A stretch of DNA of 37,418 bases from Candidatus Aminicenantes bacterium UBA4820 (GCA_002402325.1 DHFQ01000142.1:1-37418), one strand, 5' to 3'; numbered from the stretch's first letter, positions 1 through 8,385 are shown. The notes: generated by a model not told the origin, from the letters alone. Translations and numbers: made by a program.

Positions 1-312
1 GGGCAGGAGCCAAAGCAAATTCAAATCAAAGTTAAATTGCATGCCTCATTCTGCGATGTTGAGGCGCAATTGCTGTTGCTTGAAGGCTCAGCAAAAATAA
101 CTTCTTCAAATTTTCTAAAAGCCCTGCCTTTTTTTCTTGGGAATGGGAAATTTCTCGGCAATTATGTAATAACAAATATTGATAAGGATTATGTCAAAAC
201 ATTTCCAAATGGCAAAATTATGGAAATGGATTTAACATTAACATTAGAAGAATATGTTTTTGAATTGCAAAATGAATTATTGGATAAGGCGTTAAGTTAT
301 GTCTTTAACTGA
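1..312 (+). CDS. Phage tail protein, P2 GpU-like (5'-truncated)
   Basis: Frame is open from base 1 (GQEPKQIQIKVKLHASFCD...). C-terminal GNGKFLGNYVITNI...MDLTLTLEEY resembles the GpU family. Lies directly upstream of a GpD-like gene. Confidence 0.75.
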   Translation, partial: GQEPKQIQIKVKLHASFCDVEAQLLLLEGSAKITSSNFLKALPFFLGNGKFLGNYVITNIDKDYVKTFPNGKIMEMDLTLTLEEYVFELQNELLDKALSYVFN

Positions 313-1462
313 TCTGAATTTAAGACAACTTGAATGGGATATATTATGGCCGCTTAAAGACAAAGTAAAGGACATAGACACCCGTTGTTTATCTTTTGAG
401 ATAATCTACAAGGAACACGGAGAGGCGTCAGAATTAAGAATGCAGCTTGACAATCAAGACCGCTTTTTCACTAATAACTATATTTTTGATGGAGGAATGA
501 AACTTCAATTTTATTTATATTATGCCCTTCAAGAAAAGAAAAATATGGGCGAATTTACAATAGATGAAATAACAGATGAGGAAATTCCTTCAATCTTTAC
601 AGTTGCTGGCATAAGCACAGACGCTATGAATTCTTCATTACGCACTAAAAAGTCAAGGGCATTTGAAAATCATAAAATATCTGATATTGTCAATCAAATC
701 GGCAAAGAAAATGGATTAAAAGTTGATTTTCAAGGCAAAGATTTGTTGTTAAAGCGCAAAGATCAGAAAGAATGTCATGATTTAAAATTTCTGACAGATT
801 TGGCAGAATTATACGGCTATAAATTTAAGATAAATGGCGATATTTTATATTTTTATGATTTAGTAAGCAATCATAAATTAAGCCCTGCAAAAAGATTAGA
901 AAATATATGCTCAAAGCGAACATTTATTTATAAAGGACATCAAGCTGTTCAATCCGCCGAGGTTCGTTATTTTGACCCGCACCAGAAAAAATTATTAAAA
1001 AGCAAAATAAATGCAGAATATGGTTTAATGCTTAGCGCATTAGGAGGCGAAAAAGGCAAAATTGATTCTGACACTGCAACTTTATTGGCAGCAGCTAAAG
1101 GCGATATTACAAGCCTTTCTGAAGAGCAAAGGCAAAAAATTAATGACGCTATTAAGGACAAGATTGGCTTCTTTGAATTCGGTAAACAAAAAGAATTTGA
1201 TAGAACTATCAAAGTTTTGACGCAAAAAATTGATTCTTTGCAAGAGGCGGAGACAATTGCCAATGCACAGCTTGAAACACAAAATATTAAACAATTTGAA
1301 TGCTCTTTTGATTGCCAAGGCGATCCCGATTTTATCCCCCCATTTAATATCACCATTGAAGGGGAAGGCATTTGGGATGGAACTTGGCATTTTGGCGAAG
1401 CGACGCATAGTTATAACAAACAAAGCGGCTATAGAATGATTCTGAAGGGCTATAGATTATGA
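299..1462 (+). CDS. Phage late control D / baseplate hub protein (GpD-like)
   Basis: 387 aa with motifs ISDIVNQIG..NGL, RKDQKECHDLKFLTDLAELYGY.FKI and GDPDF...ITIEG.GIWDGTW.....HSY...GY, typical of GpD. Confidence 0.85.
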   Translation: MSLTDLNLRQLEWDILWPLKDKVKDIDTRCLSFEIIYKEHGEASELRMQLDNQDRFFTNNYIFDGGMKLQFYLYYALQEKKNMGEFTIDEITDEEIPSIFTVAGISTDAMNSSLRTKKSRAFENHKISDIVNQIGKENGLKVDFQGKDLLLKRKDQKECHDLKFLTDLAELYGYKFKINGDILYFYDLVSNHKLSPAKRLENICSKRTFIYKGHQAVQSAEVRYFDPHQKKLLKSKINAEYGLMLSALGGEKGKIDSDTATLLAAAKGDITSLSEEQRQKINDAIKDKIGFFEFGKQKEFDRTIKVLTQKIDSLQEAETIANAQLETQNIKQFECSFDCQGDPDFIPPFNITIEGEGIWDGTWHFGEATHSYNKQSGYRMILKGYRL

Positions 1463-1968
1463 TAGAAGATATTATTGGAAGGCTTAACAATCTTGAAGAA
1501 ATAATATCAAATATCATTAGACCGGGCATAGTGACCCAAATAGATGAAAAAAAATGCAGATGTAAGGTGCAATTTAAAGATAATAATGGAATTGTTTCTT
1601 ATTGGTGTCAGGTTCTTGTTCCGCTTGCGCATAAATCTAAATATTATGCCTTACCCGCCATAAATGAAGAGGTATTATGCTTATTTTTGGGCTATGGCTC
1701 AGATTGCGGATTTATTCTTGGCTCTATGTATTCCAAGTCGGATGCAATTCCAGCTGGGGCGGATAAAGATAAAATCATAACGGAAGATTATAGTGGAAAT
1801 AGAGACGAATTTGACGCAAAATCCCATACGCATACTGCCAAATCATTAAAGCATCAATATTATGGCGATGTTGAAATCTTTGGCAATTTAAAAGTTAATG
1901 GAACCATCAATGACGCTATGGGGAATTTAACAATTCATACAAATGGAGGATATCCGAGAGATGTCTGA
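1459..1968 (+). CDS. Baseplate assembly protein V (central spike)
   Basis: IIRPGIVTQID...CRCKVQF.D....SYW..VL.......YYALPAINEEVLCLF......GFILGSMYS is the GpV N-terminal OB-fold pattern. Confidence 0.9.
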   Translation: MIEDIIGRLNNLEEIISNIIRPGIVTQIDEKKCRCKVQFKDNNGIVSYWCQVLVPLAHKSKYYALPAINEEVLCLFLGYGSDCGFILGSMYSKSDAIPAGADKDKIITEDYSGNRDEFDAKSHTHTAKSLKHQYYGDVEIFGNLKVNGTINDAMGNLTIHTNGGYPRDV

Positions 1969-2365
1969 AAATACTGATCTTGGCAAAGGCATAAAATATC
2001 CGTTTGCATTATCATCTTCTGGAGCAACTGCGAAAGCAGAACAAATGGAACATCTTGGAGTATCTATAATTCAGCGATTAATGACCCGCAAAGGAGAGAG
2101 AATTATTCGCCCGTGGTTTGGCTCAAATCTTCAGGATTTGCTTGACCTTCCCATTAATCAAGAAACGCTTGCGCTGATGCGTTATGAAATATATGAAGCG
2201 TTAAAAGATGAAGATCGTCTTGACATAAAATCAATAATTATCACTTCAGAAGAAAAAGCGCAATTGAATATTTTAATTGAATGTGTGATTGGGAAAGATG
2301 TTCAGGCAGCATTTGCAATAAGTTATGATCGTGAGATGTTAAGATGGGAGGGGCAATGGCTTTAA
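1961..2365 (+). CDS. Baseplate wedge protein, GpW/gp25 family
   Basis: SIIQRLMTRKGERIIRPWFGSNL..LLDLP motif. Start moved to ATG 1961, which follows GGAGGA (1945-1950) and overlaps the gpV stop. Confidence 0.9.
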   Translation: MSENTDLGKGIKYPFALSSSGATAKAEQMEHLGVSIIQRLMTRKGERIIRPWFGSNLQDLLDLPINQETLALMRYEIYEALKDEDRLDIKSIIITSEEKAQLNILIECVIGKDVQAAFAISYDREMLRWEGQWL

Positions 2366-3420
2366 TAGCAACGCCCACGCTCTATGACAAAAATTATTCT
2401 GCTCTGATTAAAGAAGCTATAAATAGGATCAAGGCTAATTGTCCTGAATTTACTGCTCTTTTGCCGTCCGACCCGGGCATTGCAATCTTGGACGCAATGA
2501 TTTATCAGTTGCATCAATTAGGCGTTAATCTCAATCAACTGCCGAAAGCCTCTTTAATCTCTTGGCTGGATTATCTTGGCGTATCATTAAAATTGCCCAG
2601 TTATGCTGTCTGCAATATAAGAATTACTCTTGAAGAGGCGCTTTCAGAGCAATATATTATTCCTAAAAATACAAGGTTTTTAACTGTAAACGGCATAGGA
2701 TTTTTAAGCAAATCAGAAGCAATCATAAATAGCGGAGAAACTTATGTAGATATTGAATGCATATGCGAAACGCCGGGCTTAGCTGGTAATGTGAAAAAGC
2801 ATACTATTACTTCTGCTTATCAATTTTTGCCTTATGTAAAAGATATTGATAATCCTGATGATGCAACGGGAGGGTATGACGGCGAAATTAATGATGAGGC
2901 ATTAGAAAGGGGAAGAAAAATATTTAGTCATAGGTATCGCGCTGTTACGCTTCTTGATTATGAACAACTTGCCTGCGAAATTGCTGGCATTGGAAGGGCA
3001 AAGGCGATTGATTCTTTAGGAAAAGTCGATTTATATCTGCTTGATGTTCAAGGAGAAATAGTCAATTCTGAACTAATAAAACAAGTGAAAGATTATTTAT
3101 TAACTTGCAAAATAGCAGGAATAGAATTAAATGTTCATCCAGCAGAATTTGCTGATATCACAATCAATGCAAATGTTAAATTTTTAACAGGCTATAATAT
3201 AAATGAGACCAAGCAATTGGCGTTTCAAAATATTGCTCAATTCTATCATCCATTAACTTATCAATGGGGCAGATCAATTTATTTATCAGAAATATTTAAA
3301 CTTATTGAAGATACCGCTGGCATAGATTATGTGGAATCATTAGTTTTGCCTGAGAGCAATATTGAAATTTCGCCTCATCAATTGCCGCTTATTAAGGAGG
3401 TTAATTTAAATGCAATTTAA
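2356..3420 (+). CDS. Baseplate J/gp47 family protein
   Basis: SDPGIAILD, CETPGLAGNV, ATGGYDGE.NDEALER and RAVTLLDYEQLA motifs. ATG 2356 follows GGAGGG. Confidence 0.9.
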   Translation: MALIATPTLYDKNYSALIKEAINRIKANCPEFTALLPSDPGIAILDAMIYQLHQLGVNLNQLPKASLISWLDYLGVSLKLPSYAVCNIRITLEEALSEQYIIPKNTRFLTVNGIGFLSKSEAIINSGETYVDIECICETPGLAGNVKKHTITSAYQFLPYVKDIDNPDDATGGYDGEINDEALERGRKIFSHRYRAVTLLDYEQLACEIAGIGRAKAIDSLGKVDLYLLDVQGEIVNSELIKQVKDYLLTCKIAGIELNVHPAEFADITINANVKFLTGYNINETKQLAFQNIAQFYHPLTYQWGRSIYLSEIFKLIEDTAGIDYVESLVLPESNIEISPHQLPLIKEVNLNAI

Positions 3421-4648
3421 TACTTTTACAGAATTAAAACTTCCTTTGTTTATGCGTCAAAATGATATATGGTTTAAAGAATATTTAAAATCCTTTGAAA
3501 CGCCATTAAAAGAGATTGAAAAATTATTGCTTGATTTTAATGGCAATTTGCTTCCTGATAAAACTAATTGGTTTGATTTTCTTTTTTATGCTTTTGGGAG
3601 CGAATTCCTGAACTGGAAAGATCATACGATTGCTCAAAAGCGGGCTATTTTAAAGCGATTGTTTGATATAAATAAATCCAAAGGCGCAAATAATGGTTAT
3701 GACCTTATTCTTAGATTGATGTGCGATAAATCATTGATAATGATTAAAAGTCCTCCGTCTAAGGCATATGCTGGCAGATCAACGACTCTGGAAGAAAAAG
3801 AATATTACGAAAGCAAATTTCCCGAGGCGCGCATTTATCATTTTTCAGAAAGATCGCAAAGGCATTCATTGTTTTGTGGCGGATTTTTTGCAGAGTATGC
3901 CAAGGGATGTGTTTATAAGACAGACGCTGAAACAAGAGTAGGCAAACGAGTTACATTATTTGACCCTCTTGACAATCAAGAGGTAGTGTTAAATTCATTT
4001 AGATCTAAAAGATATTATGAAATACGGCTTAAAGATAAAAGAAAGGGGTTTTTCCCAAAAAGTCATTATGGGAAGTTCTTTGTGAATCAAGAGGCAGAAA
4101 AGAGATTTTACATTTTGGATCTTCCTCGGCGTTATTTAAATAATATGGAAAAAAGATATTATGCCCGGCCTACGCTTTCGCCGCTTACAATTTACTATAA
4201 AGACAATGCTCTACAAAGCAGAGCGAGAGGGATATTTTTAGGATATTCTAAAAGTAAAGCCTATTTATCTAAACAAAATGCAGAATATAGGATTTTTAAA
4301 AGCGTTCGTATATATGCTCCTGATAGAGCAATCAATAGGCTTTGGAGGGGTCAGCAATTTTTGGGGTCAATGAAATTTGGGCCTTTATCCAAGTATAATA
4401 TAGAAATTTATCCAAATATGATAAAAAAGAGTCCGCAAAAAGCATTGTTTTTATCCAAAAATATTGGTTTTATGTTGGAAAATACGGCAAAAAGCGATGT
4501 GCATAAAACTCTATGGTCATTAAACTATATGCGTCCTGCGGGCATTAAAGCCAAAATATTTATAAATAATCATAAAGAGCGAAAATCATCTGATGCATGG
4601 CTTTGTAATGAAAATTATATATGTGATGAAATGATAATGGAGGTTTAA
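3410..4648 (+). CDS. Phage tail protein I-like (N-terminal P2 GpI-type domain plus long basic/aromatic extension)
   Basis: Follows GpJ. N-terminus LPLFMR...FDFLFYAFG...W...IAQKRAILK...INKSKG...GYDLIL fits the GpI pattern. Confidence 0.65.
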   Translation: MQFNTFTELKLPLFMRQNDIWFKEYLKSFETPLKEIEKLLLDFNGNLLPDKTNWFDFLFYAFGSEFLNWKDHTIAQKRAILKRLFDINKSKGANNGYDLILRLMCDKSLIMIKSPPSKAYAGRSTTLEEKEYYESKFPEARIYHFSERSQRHSLFCGGFFAEYAKGCVYKTDAETRVGKRVTLFDPLDNQEVVLNSFRSKRYYEIRLKDKRKGFFPKSHYGKFFVNQEAEKRFYILDLPRRYLNNMEKRYYARPTLSPLTIYYKDNALQSRARGIFLGYSKSKAYLSKQNAEYRIFKSVRIYAPDRAINRLWRGQQFLGSMKFGPLSKYNIEIYPNMIKKSPQKALFLSKNIGFMLENTAKSDVHKTLWSLNYMRPAGIKAKIFINNHKERKSSDAWLCNENYICDEMIMEV

Positions 4649-6886
4649 ATGGAAAGAAAGGTAATCTTTAGAGACAGACAAGAATATCAGGCCGCCGATG
4701 CGAATAATATGCAGGATTTTACAGATGAATCCCTGCAGAGTATATTAAAAAATGCAATAAGCAAGGAAAATAAAATTGCAGGGATGCTCGTTACGGCAAA
4801 ATCAGCAACTGAAATAACAGTGGCTGCCGGAAAATTGCTAATTGGTTCCGCAGGCAAAATTTATTCATTAGATTCTTCACAGGACATATCGCTGTTTTCC
4901 TATTTGCCTGTAATTGACAAAAAATATATATCTGTTTGCGCATTTGGGGTTGAAGAAGATATAGATATTCAAGCAAGAGACTTTATTATTGACTTGCAGA
5001 CGGAAGTTACCGAGCCGCGTGAAGTTGCGATGGAACAAAAGCGCGCAGTTACTCTTTATATTATTGCCGGAACAGAGTCATCTGATCCCCAAAAGCCAAG
5101 CATCCCAACAGGCTATACCAAACGGGCTGACATACTCTTAACAACATCAGGCATTGATACTATAGTAATGAATACTGATGTTGATTTACCTAATTTAAAT
5201 GAGGTCAATTCAGATGTTTCATCCCTTAAACAATGGCGATCTGCAACAGAGCCAATAATATCCACCTTATCAACTGATGTATCCGCTCTTGCAAGCAGAT
5301 TATCGTCAATTAAGGATCATAATCAGGCCGTTAGGGAACTTGCCAGCGATATAGCAAGGCTAAAGGAGATATCTAATTTGCCCGACTCGTATTCAAGTTA
5401 TGGCGCTGATTATTTCTTGAATGATGATGAAAGCGATATTCAAAATGCTAATTATGACGCTAAAACAGAAGAAGGAATTAGATTCCCTGACGCTGCCAGC
5501 GACAATAATGCTCTTTCTTTATTTAATCAATATGAGCCGCAGGTATATAAGAGCGAACAAGATGGTTTTATAATGCCTACTTTTGAACATAATAAAAGAA
5601 TATCTCTTACCGGCTATGCTGGCGAAATTGCTATTAGTCAATATCAAAGCCAATCTCATAATTTTAATAAATCAAAAATGGGAAGAGAAAGGCAAAAATA
5701 TGGGCCATTAAGAATTCTTTCATCATCGGCATTGCATTGGAGAACTGGCGCCTTTGATCATTTAAACACATTGGTATTTAATGGTGAAATATTTTCTCCA
5801 TCTCCTGATGATTTGACATTTTTCTATCGCAAGCCCGGATTGCATATAGATAAAATAATTCCTCCATATTTCGAGCAAATAGCCAATCAGACCACCATAA
5901 TTGGCAGTCAGATAGCGCAAACATTTTTGTCAAGCCAGCATGGCTATTTGACCAAAATTGGTTTGCATTTTACTAAAAAAGACACCGATGGTTTAGTCTA
6001 TATTCATATATGCGAAACAAAGAATGGCGTTCCGGATCTAAGCAAAACTCTTGCCGAAGCATCATTAAGTCCTTCATTATTGAAAATCTATCCTGAAGAG
6101 ACATCTTTTGTCCTGCCAAAACCTGTTTTCTTAAAAGCAGGAAAAAGATATGCTTTGGTCATAACAACAACAGGGGATCATAGAGTCGCTGTTGTCAGCG
6201 GATCTGTTTATCTTCAGGGAACCCTGTTTTATTCTTCTGATGGAGAATATTATGCTGGGGATTTAACCAAGGATCTAATGGTTAATTTATATTTTGCGAA
6301 ATTCAATGCCTCATTTGCTCAAGTTAATTTAACCCCAATTTCTTTATCTGGTGGGATTGCAGATCTGAATCTGCTTGCAAGTGTTATTAAGCCTGAATCA
6401 ACCGAATTTTTCCTTGAATATCAATATAATAGCAAATGGTGGCCGCTCTCGCCGGATACGGCAGATAATTTAAAATCTTTGCCTGCATTATTGCCTCTGA
6501 GGGCAGTATTTGTAGGATCTGAGGATGTGATGCCTGCAATAGAATTATCAAATTCGCAATTATCCTACTCCCGTCCAAAAACATCTTTTAAGCATATTAG
6601 CATAGAGAGAACGCTTCCTGCTCCCAAAACGGATATTGAAGTTAGCGTTTTGCTTGAGAATTATGATGATGCAAAACATGGTTGTTCCCTTAAATTGCTT
6701 GTAGGCCAAAATGAAGTTTCTCCGGGAAGCGTGATTGACACAGAAATTGCATCCAAAACCATTAGGCGCAAGGCTGCCTTTTCCTTTGATCCTGCGATTT
6801 CGGCCTATAAGGTTATCGTTGAAGGAACAACTAATGATGCTTCTGATGTATTTGTTGTATCAGAACGCATAGATGTGGCATTATAA
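4649..6886 (+). CDS. Large virion structural protein, DUF4815-like (putative baseplate or receptor-binding protein)
   Basis: 745 aa. Coiled-coil segment near aa 205-240. AQTF...YLTKIGLHFTKK...IHICETKNGVP...PVFLKAGKRYALV matches the beta-sandwich pattern I recall from DUF4815-type phage proteins (unverified). Confidence 0.55.
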   Translation: MERKVIFRDRQEYQAADANNMQDFTDESLQSILKNAISKENKIAGMLVTAKSATEITVAAGKLLIGSAGKIYSLDSSQDISLFSYLPVIDKKYISVCAFGVEEDIDIQARDFIIDLQTEVTEPREVAMEQKRAVTLYIIAGTESSDPQKPSIPTGYTKRADILLTTSGIDTIVMNTDVDLPNLNEVNSDVSSLKQWRSATEPIISTLSTDVSALASRLSSIKDHNQAVRELASDIARLKEISNLPDSYSSYGADYFLNDDESDIQNANYDAKTEEGIRFPDAASDNNALSLFNQYEPQVYKSEQDGFIMPTFEHNKRISLTGYAGEIAISQYQSQSHNFNKSKMGRERQKYGPLRILSSSALHWRTGAFDHLNTLVFNGEIFSPSPDDLTFFYRKPGLHIDKIIPPYFEQIANQTTIIGSQIAQTFLSSQHGYLTKIGLHFTKKDTDGLVYIHICETKNGVPDLSKTLAEASLSPSLLKIYPEETSFVLPKPVFLKAGKRYALVITTTGDHRVAVVSGSVYLQGTLFYSSDGEYYAGDLTKDLMVNLYFAKFNASFAQVNLTPISLSGGIADLNLLASVIKPESTEFFLEYQYNSKWWPLSPDTADNLKSLPALLPLRAVFVGSEDVMPAIELSNSQLSYSRPKTSFKHISIERTLPAPKTDIEVSVLLENYDDAKHGCSLKLLVGQNEVSPGSVIDTEIASKTIRRKAAFSFDPAISAYKVIVEGTTNDASDVFVVSERIDVAL

Positions 6887-6899
6887 GGAGTGAGTTGAA

Positions 6900-7406
6900 A
6901 TGACGAGAAAATATCTCCAATATGCATTTTCTGCTGGCAAAACCCCTTTGTCTGCCAAGACTTTTAATGATCGTTTTGGCGATATTGATTTGCGTCTCGA
7001 CGCTCTTGAGAAAATTAAGGTGGATTGGGAAAATGCCGTTTTGCAACTCTTGCAAAATGGCTTGGCAAAGATAAATGAAAGTCTCCTTCCTGTAATCACA
7101 CAAGCGCAAGAGATATTGGCGAGTGCGGAAATGCAATTGGGCAATGGCTCTTGTTCAATTGTCTATAATCAAAGCGGCGATATTGGTGAGATAAATTATC
7201 AAATAGATGAGGATAATATATATTCCATCCTTTATGAATATGCTCAAAATGGCTTATTATCAAAAGAAACTGGCAAATTGAACAGCCAGATTATATGGCA
7301 AAAAACTTATTTATATGACGATAAAGATCGTTGCATAGGATGGAATGTTACAAGAAATGAAATTAGTTTTATAAAACGAAATGGCGAGAGCATTCGGGTG
7401 ATTTAG
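6900..7406 (+). CDS. Phage hypothetical protein: N-terminal helical part, C-terminal YD/RHS-like repeats
   Basis: AAGGAG SD upstream. Contains YNQSGDI, YEYAQNGLL and YLYDDKDRC repeats. Confidence 0.55.
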   Translation: MTRKYLQYAFSAGKTPLSAKTFNDRFGDIDLRLDALEKIKVDWENAVLQLLQNGLAKINESLLPVITQAQEILASAEMQLGNGSCSIVYNQSGDIGEINYQIDEDNIYSILYEYAQNGLLSKETGKLNSQIIWQKTYLYDDKDRCIGWNVTRNEISFIKRNGESIRVI

Positions 7407-7417
7407 AGGAGAAAAAA

Positions 7418-8155
7418 ATGGGTATAGCGGATGCATTAATCAATAATTTGGCAAAAAAAATCTCGGAAAATCTTGATGCTAAAATATCCTCACGCCTTGC
7501 GGCTAATGATAGCAGATTGGAAAATTTAAATGCCAGCGTCGGATCAAGATTGGCTTCTGCAGATTCGCGTCTTGATAAATTAGACGCCTCCATATCCTCA
7601 CGATTATCTTCTTCTGATTCAAGACTAAATGCCCTTGATATAGCTATTTCCACAAGATTATCTGCAACAGATGATAGGCTGATTGGATTTGGCGCTCCAA
7701 AATTGCCTGTTAAAACAGGCTATTCTTATAAGGCTATCTCAAATCTTGCGAGTGCATCCTATTTCTATTTTAAAAATCAAATATTGGCAGATGGCGATTT
7801 TGGCCTTAAATTATTAAGACAAGGAAGTTCAACCAATCAATGGGTTACATTATTGGATTTAAACGCTCCGGGCTATCTATTTGGGTTAATGATAGGCGCA
7901 AATGTTAGTGGAACGATATCGCTAAAAGTTTATGTGGATTCTGTTTTAATTATTGATGCTAATAACATTAGTGTCACAGATGGTTATGCATATGTTTATC
8001 TTGGCAAGCTAAATGGTTATAGATCTGGGACACTGGAATATACTGTAATGGAGCCCAATCTTGAATTGCCAATGCTCTATAAAACGCTTCAAATACAAAT
8101 CAAATGCTCAAATGCGAATATATTGGCAGTTGCATCGTATTTGCCCTTGGCTTAG
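7418..8155 (+). CDS. Putative fibre/receptor-binding protein with 18-aa repeat coiled-coil stalk
   Basis: AGAGGAG SD. Tandem (I/V)SSRLxxxDSRLxxLxxx repeats followed by a beta-rich C-terminal domain. Last gene of the tail module. Confidence 0.55.
   Translation: MGIADALINNLAKKISENLDAKISSRLAANDSRLENLNASVGSRLASADSRLDKLDASISSRLSSSDSRLNALDIAISTRLSATDDRLIGFGAPKLPVKTGYSYKAISNLASASYFYFKNQILADGDFGLKLLRQGSSTNQWVTLLDLNAPGYLFGLMIGANVSGTISLKVYVDSVLIIDANNISVTDGYAYVYLGKLNGYRSGTLEYTVMEPNLELPMLYKTLQIQIKCSNANILAVASYLPLA
7484..7680 (+). repeat. Degenerate 54-bp (18-codon) tandem repeat, about 3.7 copies
   Basis: ATATCCTCACG recurs at 7484 and 7592 (108 bp = 2x54). Protein units: ISSRLAANDSRLENLNAS / VGSRLASADSRLDKLDAS / ISSRLSSSDSRLNALDIA / ISTRLSATDDRL. 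Confidence 0.85.
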
Positions 8156-8241
8156 CTTTTAATATTTATTAAAGCCTTTCTTAATGTGCATTAAATCTCA
8201 AGTTAATTGCTTTAGATTTTGCTGGTTTATAAGATTAAGAA

Positions 8242-8291
8242 GTCTCAAACCTCCCTCATTTGGTCTCAAACCTCCCCTTTCGTTATATACA
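8242..8291. repeat. Putative transposable-phage right end: two 14-bp direct repeats plus terminal CA
   Basis: GTCTCAAACCTCCC at 8242-8255 and 8263-8276 (21-bp period). The - strand from 8291 reads TGTATATAACGAAAGGGGAGGTTTGAGAC. Confidence 0.65.
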
Positions 8292-8298
8292 ATCTATA

Positions 8299-8327
8299 TT
8301 GACAAATGTTAAATTATTTAGTATGAT
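8299..8327 (+). promoter_or_regulatory. Sigma70-type promoter of the rplM operon
   Basis: TTGACA (8299-8304), 17-bp spacer, TATGAT (8322-8327). Confidence 0.8.
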
Positions 8328-8385
8328 AATCATTCACCTTACGAAGGTAAAGGTGTGGTTGAAAGATTTTTTTAAGGAGCAAACG

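Larger units (their letters stand above)
1..8291 (+). mobile_element. Prophage (right part), contractile tail/baseplate module; probably Mu-like transposable phage; continues left of the window
   Basis: Nine co-oriented, overlapping or abutting ORFs in the order U-D-V-W-J-I-(3 structural genes). The block ends with direct repeats and a CA dinucleotide at 8290-8291, followed directly by a host promoter. Confidence 0.8.

Noticed and set aside
1-8155. eCIS, tailocin or T6SS interpretation of the baseplate genes
   Set aside because: No Afp/PVC-type ATPase, DUF4157 or Tss membrane genes are visible. The P2/Mu-like gene order and the transposon-like end favour a prophage. Not fully excluded, because head genes would lie outside the window.
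8242-8276. Direct repeats as a mini-CRISPR
   Set aside because: Only two 14-bp copies with a 7-bp spacer, and no cas genes.
8260-8385. 42-aa N-terminal extension of L13 in the ORF track
   Set aside because: It spans the promoter and the element end. The SD and family homology point to ATG 8386.
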